Positions 46,777 to 56,459 of a stretch of 64,000 bases of DNA are shown one piece after another. Every line of letters starts with the position of its first letter. The stretch's first letter is position 1. A program made the translations under genes and the position numbers. The stretch is from Acidobacteriaceae bacterium (lineage in GTDB: Bacteria > Acidobacteriota > Terriglobia > Terriglobales > Acidobacteriaceae). The notes under the pieces are model-generated. The model was not told the DNA's origin, did not search any database, and worked only from the letters and a program-made list of their open reading frames with translations. The stretch spans positions 2,738 through 66,737 of the forward strand of contig DATAZR010000046.1 of assembly GCA_036271955.1 (NCBI GenBank), in the 5' to 3' direction.

Positions 46777-46811
46777 AAATCTGGCATATGCCACGGCATA
46801 TGCCAGATTTT
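46777..46811. terminator. Perfect 16-bp inverted repeat after metE (terminator-like)
   Basis: AAATCTGGCATATGCC-AC-GGCATATGCCAGATTT(T). Confidence 0.55.
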
Positions 46812-46923
46812 GCTGTCAAGCGACGAGCCTGCGGAGCCTATGGTTTCCGCAAATTGCAGATAATAAAGGAATTGATCTGAATATCCTGCTGCCTGGCCTG
46901 TAGGCCTTCAGTCTGAAGAAAAT

Positions 46924-46939
46924 TGTTCCACGAGGAACA
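46924..46939. promoter_or_regulatory. parS-like centromere site
   Basis: TGTTCCACGAGGAACA is a 15/16 match to the parS variant TGTTCCACGTGGAACA; an extra half-site TGTTCCACG lies at 46945. Confidence 0.7.
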
Positions 46940-46960
46940 ATCCGTGTTCCACGCCCAAAA

Positions 46961-49338
46961 TTACGGCCGCACGCTCATTTTTTCGCCAGCATAGGTCACA
47001 GTCTTTTCCGCCGTTTCACTGGCAGAAATTGCGTTGCCGTGGCCCTTTGAAACTACGACTAGACGAAAAATCCGCTTCTCCAACATTCCCGGAAAGCTGC
47101 CTTCGCGAGCACCGATGGTGAGCGTGTGCGCAGCGTCGTCCCAGTGCATGGGGATGGTGGCGTGTGCGCCTTTTTCGTAGTTGTAATTGTCGTTCTCGTC
47201 TTCATAAAGCGTAAAGTCGCCGTTGGCGCCGGGATAGATGCACAGCTCGATGGGGTCTTCTGCTTTTTCGGTGGTCCACTCCATCGCTGGTCCCATCGGC
47301 AGAATTGAGCCGGCGCGGATGTAAAGCGGCAATTTATCGAGCGGCGCTGCGGCTTGAATCGTTTGTTCGCCAGCGAGCTTTTCGCCGGTCCAGAAGTCGT
47401 ACCAGGTGGCTTTGGGCAGGTAGACGGTGCGGCTGGTTGCGCCTTGAATGTAGACGGGATTGACGAGGATCGATGGGCCGAACATGTATTCGTCGCCGGT
47501 GTTTTGTGCGCGCGTGTCGGTGCGCCAATCCATGACCAGAGGACGCATAATGGTGGCGCGTTCGCTCGTGACGCGCCAGGCCTGCGAATAGATATAAGGC
47601 ATGAGGCGATAGCGGAGGGTGTCGTAGTCGGTGAGGATTTTCTGCGCTTCGGGGCCGTAGGACCAGAGCTCGTTTTCGCGGGGTTGCGGGTGCCGTGGAC
47701 GCGAAAAATTGGCGAAAATGTGCCGAACTGAAACCAGCGCACGAAGAGCTCGCGGAATTTCGGATCGTTGAGATCGCCGCCGGAGATGAAGCCGCCGATG
47801 TCAGTGGTCCAGTAAGGCATGCCGCTGATGGCGTAATTCAGTCCAGCCGCGATCTGGCGCTGGAAGGTGACAAAGTCGGAGAGCACATCGCCCGACCAGG
47901 CGGTGACTCCGTTGCGCTGCGAACCGGCGTAGGCGGAGCGGGAGAGGATGAAGACGCGCTTCTTATCGGACGCCGCGCGCTGGCCGTCGGCTACTCCAGC
48001 GGTGTGGAAGTTGGGAAAGATGTTGGCGTAGCGCGCTCCGCTGCCCAGGGCGAGCTTGTGGTCGATGAGGATGTTTTCGGCGCGGCCTTCGGTCTCGGGC
48101 TCATCGGTGTCGAGCCACCATGCATCAACTCCATCTGCTGCGCCATTCTTGAAGAGCGCGGTGTTGGCGTTGTCCCAGTAAAACTTGCTGGCTTTGGGAT
48201 TGGTGGGATCGTAGAGGGCCTGACCGATGGGGTGGAAGCCGCCGACCTGGGTTTTGGCGATGAACCAGCCATTTTTGTCCATGGTTTCGTACTCTTTGGA
48301 GCCGGGCCGGAAGTAGGGCCAGATGGAAACCATCAGATGAAAGTGCTCGTCGTGCAGGGTTTTGATCATGCCCTGCGGATCGGGGTAGTTGGGGTTCCAC
48401 TTCATCTCGCCCATGGTGACCCACCAGAACCAATCCTGCACTATGTTGTCGACGGGAATGTGAAGGGCGCGATATTTGGCGGCGACGGCTTCGAGCTCAG
48501 CCTGCGACTGGTACTTGTTTTTGCACTGCCAGAAGCCGTAGGCCCAACGGCCGAACATCGGCGCGTCGCCGGTGAGTTCGCGATAGTGGGCGATGATCTG
48601 GTCGGGTTCAGGACCTGCGAGGAAGTAGTAATCGACCTGATCGGCGACCTCGGCAGTGAGGTAGAGCATGTGGACGAAGCGGTTGTTGACCTGGGAGCGC
48701 GAGGGATTATTCCAGAAGATGCCGTAGCCGTTGGAGGAGACCAGCAGCGGAATAGCGATGTTGGTGTTTTCCTGCGACAGATCGACGGTCTCGCCGCGGT
48801 AGTTCCACACGCCGGTCTGATGCTGACCCAGGCCGTAGAGGCCTTCCTTGGAGCCGTAAATCGCAAAGAAGACTTCGGCGTGGCTGGTCTTTTCGCCGTT
48901 GACTTCGGCAGGAATGAGCTGTCGATAGCTGTCGGTGGTGAGGCGTTTGCCGGCGAGGGTTTCATAGGCCAAGACTCCGGTTTCACGCTCGATGACGACC
49001 CTGACCTGGGCGGTGGTGAGTGTGATGGATTTGGCGTCGGATTCGACGGTGAACTGGGCGGGCGGCCAGTCGCGCTTGGCGAGCACGCCATCGGAAGGGT
49101 TTGCTGGAACCGGAGTCTCAGGGCCGTAGGTGATGTGGAGGATGGCGGATGCCGTGACGTGAATGCGCAGCACGCCGGCGGTTTGATGGACTTCAAGGCC
49201 GTCGTCGATTTGTTTGAAGCTGGTGACTGGATTGGGCGGGTTCCATTGGGCGCGGGCAGAGGAGGTGGCGAGCAGCAAAAGAGGCAATGGAAGGAGGAAT
49301 GCGAGCCGGGAAAAGATGCGGCATGACTGCTTTTTCAC
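46961..49338 (-). pseudogene. GH31 alpha-xylosidase/glucosidase with a 1-nt deletion frameshift near 47677-47683
   Basis: WWLDTDEPE, WSGD, YWTTDIGGF and FRVHG in one frame; it continues as NELWSYG...RYRLMPYIYS...YEDE in the -1 frame. Confidence 0.85.
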
Positions 49339-49376
49339 TGGAATAGCTCCTGAACCCTGGGAGTGGGCGCCCCAAG

Positions 49377-49406
49377 ACTATAGCTAAATCGATTCACTGG
49401 CGGCAA
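49377..49406 (-). promoter_or_regulatory. Candidate GH31 promoter with LacI-like operator core
   Basis: TTGCCG-18 bp-TATAGT on the minus strand, with palindrome AATCGATT (49387-49394) in the spacer. Confidence 0.4.
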
Positions 49407-49514
49407 TGGAAAAGGAGCTTAAGCTTCCGGCTCAGAACAGATTACGGACCGAGTTTTCAGGAATCCCGGAACCTTTTTCGTATATAGATAGGAGTAAACC
49501 CAGCTTCGAAAGAT

Positions 49515-49527
49515 TATCAATGACTTA
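49515..49527. promoter_or_regulatory. IHF consensus site
   Basis: TATCAATGACTTA matches WATCAANNNNTTR in a divergent intergenic region. Confidence 0.35.
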
Positions 49528-49703
49528 ATAATTTCGCGGCAATGCCGGGGACGGTTTGAGACAGCTTCTTGCTTTTCTCGCTCTCTTGCTATTAAGTTGG
49601 GCTTAGCTATCAGTCACCAAGGCGCCTATCGCGAATGCTCTTGCTCAAAAGAGTGGCCGGTTCTGCCGCCGTTTGCCGGGTGGGGATATACGGGAGCTTT
49701 TTA

Positions 49704-51680
49704 ATGAGGACGAAAGTTTGGCTGCAGGCAGTTTTAACGCTTGCGGTTTGCCTATTGCCGGGGACGTTATGGGGCCAGTTTCAGCCGCCGACTGAAGAAG
49801 AGCTGAAAATGACAGCGGAACCGAAAGCTCCCGGAGCGTCGGCGATCTATCTTTACAGTGAAGAGACGGACGACGACAACCTGCATTTCCATAGCTACTA
49901 TGCGCGTATCAAAGTGCTTACCGAGAAAGCAAAGGAGCTGGCGACAGTCACGATTCCTTACGTAAAGGGATCGGACAAGATCACGGACATCAAGGCGCGC
50001 ACGATCCATGCCGATGGCACGATCATTCCGCTGGACATTAAGCCCAGCGACCTGGTGGAGGTGAAGAACGCAGCCTACCAGATCAACAAGGTGGTCTTCA
50101 CGCTACCCAGCGTGGAGGTGGGCAGCATTCTCGAATACCGCTACGAGGAGCGCTATGACGAGCATCTGTCTTCCCCGACGTGGGAGGTTCAGCAGAAATA
50201 CTTTGTCCGCAAGGCTCACTACTCGTTTAAACCATATAAATTCATGGGCGATGTGGTGGACAGCAAGGGCAACTCCGCGACCCGATTACTGTGCAGCTAC
50301 AATCTGCCCGATGGCAAGAAGGTCGAATACGAAACTATCGGGCGATACAAGCTGGATATAACCGATGTTCCGCCGACGCCGGATGAAGAGTTCATGCCAC
50401 CCATGGATTCTGTATTGGCCCACGTGGTGTTTTATTACACCCCCTATGACACCAAGGATGAGTACTGGAAGCATGAGGGCGGCAAATGGTCCAAGCAGAT
50501 GGACCATTTCGCAGGCGAAAGCAAATCGCTCAAAGAGGCGGTAAGCCAGATCGTCGCGCCGGCCGACAGCGAAGAGATCAAAGCGCGCAAGCTTTACGAC
50601 GCAGTGATGAAGCTGGATAACACCGACTACACCCGAAGCAAGTCGGCCGCCGAGCTGAAGCAGGAACACATGAAAGCTGCGCGGGATGCTGAAGATGTGT
50701 GGACGCGCAAGAGCGGGGCGAGCGATGAGATCGCGCTGACCTACCTGGCCATGGCGCGCATTGCCGGGCTCAAGGCGTATGCGCTGGAAGTATGCGACCG
50801 TAACCGGGAGATCTTTGACCCCTTCTATCTTTCTCTGCGGCAGCTGGACGATGTGCTGGTGCTGGTGGCGATCAAGGGCAAAGACATTCCGCTGGATCCG
50901 GGCACGAAGTTTGCCGAGTTTGGGCTGCTGGATTGGAGGCACCTGCTGGTGAGCGGAATTCGCCAGACCGACAAAGGAGTGGACTTCGGTACGACTCCCG
51001 GAAATCCTTACAATGAATCGGTGACGCTGCGCACAGCGGATGTGACCGTTAGCAAGGACGGCACATTAAAGGGAACTGCGCGCATCTCGATGAACGGCGA
51101 GGCTGCGCTGCGCTGGAGGAAACTGGCTGCCGCGAACGATGAAGACGAGGTGAAAAAGCGCTTCAATGAGCAGATGCGCGGCCTCGTTCCGGATGGCGTT
51201 ACAGCGGAGTTCGATCACTTTCTCGGGCTGGATGACAGTCACTCGCAGCTGATGGGAATCGTGAAGCTCTCGGGGAACATGGGTACGGCGACGGGCAAAC
51301 ACGTCTTCCTGCCGGGAGTGTTCTTCGAGTCCCAGGCCAAGCATCCGTTTGTGGCCCAGGAGAAGCGGCAGACGCCGGTGGATATGGAGTACGCGGAGAC
51401 GGTTCGCGACGAGGTGACCTATCACCTGCCGGAGAACTTCACCGTAGAGAGCGCACCTGCGGAAACGTCAATTCCCTGGGCGGGACATGCAACGATGCAG
51501 TTGAAATCGGTGACCAACAAGAACGATGTCATTGTGGCCCGCGCTTTCATCCGTGGCTTTGCATTAGTGGCTGCGCCTGATTATGCCGGGCTGCGGGACT
51601 TCTACCAGAAAACTGCGACGGCGGATCAGCAGCAGATGGTGCTGACGATGGCGCCCGTGGCCAAGGCTGGAACTCAATGA
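49704..51680 (+). CDS. DUF3857/transglutaminase-like protein 1 (catalytic Cys absent)
   Basis: Signal peptide, RIKVL..KAKE, ARTIH.DG, FTLPSVEVGSILEY and LDPG. Confidence 0.85.
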   Translation: MRTKVWLQAVLTLAVCLLPGTLWGQFQPPTEEELKMTAEPKAPGASAIYLYSEETDDDNLHFHSYYARIKVLTEKAKELATVTIPYVKGSDKITDIKARTIHADGTIIPLDIKPSDLVEVKNAAYQINKVVFTLPSVEVGSILEYRYEERYDEHLSSPTWEVQQKYFVRKAHYSFKPYKFMGDVVDSKGNSATRLLCSYNLPDGKKVEYETIGRYKLDITDVPPTPDEEFMPPMDSVLAHVVFYYTPYDTKDEYWKHEGGKWSKQMDHFAGESKSLKEAVSQIVAPADSEEIKARKLYDAVMKLDNTDYTRSKSAAELKQEHMKAARDAEDVWTRKSGASDEIALTYLAMARIAGLKAYALEVCDRNREIFDPFYLSLRQLDDVLVLVAIKGKDIPLDPGTKFAEFGLLDWRHLLVSGIRQTDKGVDFGTTPGNPYNESVTLRTADVTVSKDGTLKGTARISMNGEAALRWRKLAAANDEDEVKKRFNEQMRGLVPDGVTAEFDHFLGLDDSHSQLMGIVKLSGNMGTATGKHVFLPGVFFESQAKHPFVAQEKRQTPVDMEYAETVRDEVTYHLPENFTVESAPAETSIPWAGHATMQLKSVTNKNDVIVARAFIRGFALVAAPDYAGLRDFYQKTATADQQQMVLTMAPVAKAGTQ

Positions 51681-53659
51681 AGATACAGACGCAGCGGGGG
51701 CAGCAGACGATTCAAGACGGCGTCCGCCGCATGCTGCCCTGCGTACTCCTGCTGCTGGGCGGGCTCTTTCCGGCGATGATGCAGGCACAGTTCACAGCTC
51801 CCACAGATGAAGAGCTGAAGATGACGGCTGACCCGAAGGCCCCGGGAGCCGATGCCGTGTATCTGTATGTCGAAGAGACCGGCGATGAAGTGAGCCGGAA
51901 TCGTGTCGTCTATGAACGGATCAAGGTGCTCAAGGAAAAAGGAAAGGAACTTGCTACTGTCCGTGTCCCATATGAGGTGGGAGCGACGGTGGTCTCCGAA
52001 ATTCAGGCGCGCACAATCCACGCGGATGGAACGGTGGTGCCGATGGCCGACAAGGCGTCGGAGCTGATGGATTTCAAGAACAAGGAGTATCAACTCAACT
52101 CGCTGGTGTTCACGCTGCCCAGCGTCGAGGTAGGCAGCATCCTCGAGTTCCGGTACAAGCTCAAGCCGACGGACTCGTTTCTCTCGTGGCTGGCCCCACC
52201 GACCTGGGAGATCCAGCAGAAGTATTTTGTGCACAAGGCACACTATTTTTACCGCGCTTATAACGAGGGAGTGGCCTACACCACCCGTCTCGCGCCCGGC
52301 ATGCAAGTCATTCATCAGAAGGGTAGCGACTGCACTCTCGACATCACCGATGTTCCTCCGATGCCGGATGAAGACTGGATGCCGCCGGAGAACATGATTC
52401 GATGGCGGGTCGAGTTCTATTACTCACGAGCTCGCTCGACGACGGAGTACTGGGAGAACGCCGCGAGGGTATGGACGGAAAGCGTGAAGGATTTCACGCA
52501 TCCCTCGGGGCAGCTGAAAAAGGCGGTCGCCGATATGACCGCGCCGACAGACTCCGAGGAGCAGAAGGCGCGAAAAATCTACGATGCGGTGATGAAGCTG
52601 GACAATACCGAGTTCAGCCGTTCCAAGTCCAAGGCCGAGCGCAAGGCGCATAAGATCAAGACGATCGAAAAGGCGGAGGACATCTGGAAAAATCAGAGCG
52701 GCAATTCGGCCGCGATGGCCTTGCTTTATGTGGCTCTGGCTCGCACTGCGGGGTTGGATGTTTCTCCGATGCAGGTCGTGAACCGCGATCGGGCGATCTT
52801 CAGCAACCGCTATCTGAATTCGGATCAGTTGGACGATTACATCGCCGTGGTCACGATCAACGGCAAGGACACTTATCTCGATCCTGGCGAACGGATGTGC
52901 CCGTTTGGGGCATTGCACTGGAAGCACACCCTGGCCACGGGATTCCGGTTGCAAGGAAAGACGAGCGTTATCGCGACTACTCCGGCAGGTACTTTTGCGA
53001 ACGCGGTCTATCAGCGTGCAGCGTATCTCGATGTCGATCCTGATGGAGGCGTTAAGGGCACGGTGCGTTATGTGATGACCGGGCCGGATGCGCTGTATTG
53101 GCGGCAGGTGGCGCTGGAGAACGATCCGGATGAGGTCAAGAAGCAGTTCAACGAGATGATGCATGCGTCGATGCCGGATGGAGTGCAGGCGGAGTTCGAT
53201 CATTTTCTTGGACTGGAGGGCTACAACTCCAGCCTGATCGCCACCGCTCATGTCAGCGGCACCCTCGGCACCCTTACCGGCAAGCGGTTCCTGCTGCCCG
53301 GCCTGTTTTTCGAGTCCAGCGGAAAGCATCCGTTTGTGGCGCAGGATAAGCGCGCGACGCCGATCGACGTGCACTATGCCAAAGCCGATCAGGACGAGGT
53401 TTCTTACCACCTTCCGGCGGGTTTCGCACTGGAGAGCGCGCCGCAGGCGGACCACATTGTCTGGCCGGATCATGCGGAGATGAAGATCGCATCCCGGACC
53501 AAGGGCGATACGGTGGTGGTGGCCCGCTCGATGGCTTATAACTTCGTCATGCTCGACTCGAAGGAATACGACAGCCTGCATGGGTTTTATCAGAAGATTG
53601 CCACTGCGGATGAGCAGCCGCTGGTGCTCATCCGCAGCCAGGCTGCGAAAGGAAATTAG
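51677..53659 (+). CDS. DUF3857/transglutaminase-like protein 2 (paralog of 1; catalytic Cys absent)
   Basis: Shares PT.EELKMTA.PKAPGA, FTLPSVEVGSILE, EFDHFLGL and KHPFVAQ with the preceding gene. Confidence 0.85.
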   Translation: MKIQTQRGQQTIQDGVRRMLPCVLLLLGGLFPAMMQAQFTAPTDEELKMTADPKAPGADAVYLYVEETGDEVSRNRVVYERIKVLKEKGKELATVRVPYEVGATVVSEIQARTIHADGTVVPMADKASELMDFKNKEYQLNSLVFTLPSVEVGSILEFRYKLKPTDSFLSWLAPPTWEIQQKYFVHKAHYFYRAYNEGVAYTTRLAPGMQVIHQKGSDCTLDITDVPPMPDEDWMPPENMIRWRVEFYYSRARSTTEYWENAARVWTESVKDFTHPSGQLKKAVADMTAPTDSEEQKARKIYDAVMKLDNTEFSRSKSKAERKAHKIKTIEKAEDIWKNQSGNSAAMALLYVALARTAGLDVSPMQVVNRDRAIFSNRYLNSDQLDDYIAVVTINGKDTYLDPGERMCPFGALHWKHTLATGFRLQGKTSVIATTPAGTFANAVYQRAAYLDVDPDGGVKGTVRYVMTGPDALYWRQVALENDPDEVKKQFNEMMHASMPDGVQAEFDHFLGLEGYNSSLIATAHVSGTLGTLTGKRFLLPGLFFESSGKHPFVAQDKRATPIDVHYAKADQDEVSYHLPAGFALESAPQADHIVWPDHAEMKIASRTKGDTVVVARSMAYNFVMLDSKEYDSLHGFYQKIATADEQPLVLIRSQAAKGN

Positions 53660-53661
53660 TT

Positions 53662-55707
53662 ATGGATATTCGATACAGGAAACACCTGGTTCGCATTGGC
53701 CTGGCAGTAGTTCTCGCAGCGTCTGTGGCGAGGCCCGGCTTCGCGGGCATCTTTAATAAGACGCAGCCGGTGCCGCAGTGGGGGCTGGATGCGTACAAGA
53801 CCAAGACTCCCGATTATGCCAAGGATGCGACGGCGGTGGTGCTCTTCGACGAGTATCTGGAGACCGTAGACGCGCAGGGCCGCGATGTCGAAAGGGAGCG
53901 TTTAGCGACCCGCATTCTCAAGCCGCAGGGGCGCAGCCGCGGAGTCTGCGGCGTGAGCTATGACGTGGACGAAAAGATCAACTACTTTCGTGCATGGACC
54001 ATCGGCGCGGATGAAAAGCAATACCAGGCGCAAGAGACGGATTTCTCCGACCAGGGAGATACGGGCGTTCCGATTATGCTGTCCAGCTATAAGGTTCGCG
54101 TAGCCCATCCGCCGGCGGTAGACGTGGGTGCGGTGGTGATCTGCGAGTCGGAAGAGCAGCTCAAGCCGTATATCCAGGAGACGGTCTGGAGCATGCAGAG
54201 CAGCATTCCATTTGTGAACGAGGCGCTGGAGGTGGACCTGCCGCCGGGCCGCGCGCACTCGGAGTCCTGGCACCGGTTCAAGGGCGTCAAGGCAGCTGAG
54301 GTTGCTCCAAATCACTTTCGCTGGGAGATCAAGGATATGCCTTCGCTCGACCTGCGGGACATTCCTTCGCACCCGGAGTGGCAGGCGCTGGCCGGGCGCA
54401 TGACGGTGCAGTGGGGCGATGCGGCAGTGGCCGGCAAAGACAACCAATGGAAGGCGATTGGGCAGTGGGTGACAACGCTTGAGGCGAACCGCCCCGATCC
54501 ATCGCCGGAGATTACAGCCAAGGTGCAGGGGATGATCGCTGGCGCGCCGGATTTCTATACCAGACTGAGCCGGGTTACAGAATCGATCCAGAAGGACATT
54601 CGATACTTCATCGTCATGCGCGGCATTGGCGGCCTGCAGGCGAATCACGCGGCGGATATCTTCCGCAACCGTTACGGCGACTGCAAGGACAAGACGACGC
54701 TGCTGATTTCGATGCTGCAGGTGGCAGGAATCCACGCCTTTTATATGCCGGTGGACGACCGACGGGGTATTGTCGATCCCGACGATCCTTCGCTGGTGGG
54801 CAACCACATGATTACGGCGATCGAGGTCCCGGCGGATGTGCACGACGACCGGCTCAAGGCGATTGTGCAGGGCAAGGGCGGCAAGCGATACCTCATCTTC
54901 GACCCGACCAATGAGCGGACGCCAGCGGGCAGCCTGCCCTCGTATGAGCAGGGCAGCTACGGGCTGCTGGCTGCCGGCGATGCGAGCCAGGTAATTGAGC
55001 TGCCGGTGCTCGCTCCTGAAGCCAACGGCGCGGAGCGCAAGGGTGAGTTCAAGCTGGCGGCCGACGGCGGGCTCAGTGGGACGGTCGAGACGATGCGCAT
55101 CGGCGCGGAAGGCGGCAGCACGCGGCAGAGGCTGAAGGATGACGACCAGAAGCAGTTGCACGATGGCCTGGAGCAGTCGCTGGGCAGGGATATTCCGGGG
55201 GTGTCGCTGGTCAAGTTCAACTATGATGAGCCGGCGGCGCTGGATAAGCCGGTGACGCTGCACTATGAGCTGAGCGTGCAGCAGTATGCGCGGCACGCTG
55301 GACCGCTGCTGCTGGTGCGGGCGCGCGTGGTGGGTTCAGATGTGATTCCCAACGACGACAAGCCTCGCACAGTGCCGATCGATTTGAACGCCACCGGGCG
55401 CTGGCACGACAGCTACGACATCGCGCTGCCCGACGGCTACGTGGTGGACGAGATGCCCGACCCGGTAAATCTGGATATGGAATTCGCCAGCTATCACTCG
55501 ACGGTGTCGGCTCCGGAAGCCGGCAAGGGCAAGGTGCTGCACTACGAGCGTGAGTACAAGGTGAAGGATGTGCAACTGCCGGCGGAGAAGGCGGCGGAGT
55601 TTCACAAGCTGGAAGGCACGATCCTGGCCGATGAAAAAGCGACCGTGGTGCTTAAGAAGGCTCCTGCGACGGGAACTCCGGTAGCGTCAGGCAGTACGCC
55701 ACAATAG
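53662..55707 (+). CDS. DUF3857/transglutaminase-like protein 3 (intact Cys-His-Asp)
   Basis: YGDCKDKTTLL, GNHMI and FDPT. Confidence 0.88.
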   Translation: MDIRYRKHLVRIGLAVVLAASVARPGFAGIFNKTQPVPQWGLDAYKTKTPDYAKDATAVVLFDEYLETVDAQGRDVERERLATRILKPQGRSRGVCGVSYDVDEKINYFRAWTIGADEKQYQAQETDFSDQGDTGVPIMLSSYKVRVAHPPAVDVGAVVICESEEQLKPYIQETVWSMQSSIPFVNEALEVDLPPGRAHSESWHRFKGVKAAEVAPNHFRWEIKDMPSLDLRDIPSHPEWQALAGRMTVQWGDAAVAGKDNQWKAIGQWVTTLEANRPDPSPEITAKVQGMIAGAPDFYTRLSRVTESIQKDIRYFIVMRGIGGLQANHAADIFRNRYGDCKDKTTLLISMLQVAGIHAFYMPVDDRRGIVDPDDPSLVGNHMITAIEVPADVHDDRLKAIVQGKGGKRYLIFDPTNERTPAGSLPSYEQGSYGLLAAGDASQVIELPVLAPEANGAERKGEFKLAADGGLSGTVETMRIGAEGGSTRQRLKDDDQKQLHDGLEQSLGRDIPGVSLVKFNYDEPAALDKPVTLHYELSVQQYARHAGPLLLVRARVVGSDVIPNDDKPRTVPIDLNATGRWHDSYDIALPDGYVVDEMPDPVNLDMEFASYHSTVSAPEAGKGKVLHYEREYKVKDVQLPAEKAAEFHKLEGTILADEKATVVLKKAPATGTPVASGSTPQ

Positions 55708-56455
55708 TGCTCCCGGCGTTGGGCGGCATCTGGGCCAATCGGCCCAATTGACCTAACTGATCGAGGATCGCCTGTTCTTCGGCCCAGGGGACGGTCATTT
55801 CGGAGGCTGCGATTTCTTCCGGAGTGGCCTCGGTGAAGCAGAGCTCGCAGACGGCGAGCCCTTTGGAATCTTCAGAATCGTCGGGGGCAGGCACCGTGTC
55901 TTGCGGCTTGGGATTCATGCGGACGGGCGGCCCGAAGATGCGGCAGGTCATGGGGCGCGCGGAGTAGACCTCGCACAGGCCGGTCACTGGATTGAGCGCG
56001 GGACACGTGGCTTCGTTGGCGAAGTCTTCGAAGGCAGCCTCGTCTTCGGGTGTTATGCCGAGAACGCCGGTTTCGCGATTGCCAGGAAAGCTGGGGCCGA
56101 ACTCCGCGAGATACTGGCGCGCGCGTTCAGCGATCGCTGCGGCCTGTGCTGGATTCTGAATGGACATTTCGGTGAAGGCGGTGCGCAGGCGGAGTGCGTC
56201 GAGCGGGTTGATGGCGAAGGCTCCATGACAGCACTGGGTGCAGCCGGGGTAGCAGACGAGATGCGGGCCGGAGCGGAGAGTGGCGTCGGCTAGGGCTGCG
56301 TCGACGATCTGGATGAGCTGGATGTCTTGCTGAAGGATTTTGGAGTTGGCTTGCGGTAGCTGAACCCTGGTTTCAGATGCGAACCCCGGGGCACCCGCAT
56401 TACTGAGATTTAGAGCCTGGCGTGAGGCGCCCATTTTTGTGGAGTCATCGGGCAT
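55652..56455 (-). CDS. YkgJ-family cysteine-cluster (CxxCxxCC, Fe-S/Zn) protein
   Basis: C.PGCTQCC, CPAL....GLCEVY..RP.TCR.FGP and CELCF. Confidence 0.88.
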   Translation of the reverse strand: MPDDSTKMGASRQALNLSNAGAPGFASETRVQLPQANSKILQQDIQLIQIVDAALADATLRSGPHLVCYPGCTQCCHGAFAINPLDALRLRTAFTEMSIQNPAQAAAIAERARQYLAEFGPSFPGNRETGVLGITPEDEAAFEDFANEATCPALNPVTGLCEVYSARPMTCRIFGPPVRMNPKPQDTVPAPDDSEDSKGLAVCELCFTEATPEEIAASEMTVPWAEEQAILDQLGQLGRLAQMPPNAGSTIVAYCLTLPEFPSQEPS

Positions 56456-56459
56456 TGGA

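Noticed and set aside
46777-46810. MetJ boxes near metE
   Set aside because: The sequence does not match AGACGTCT 8-bp tandem boxes and lies downstream of the gene.
47695-49326. Long antisense ORFs (also 20711-22135, 52424-53581, 53902-55296, 56439-57728)
   Set aside because: They are shadows of well-supported genes in GC-rich DNA and carry no motifs of their own.
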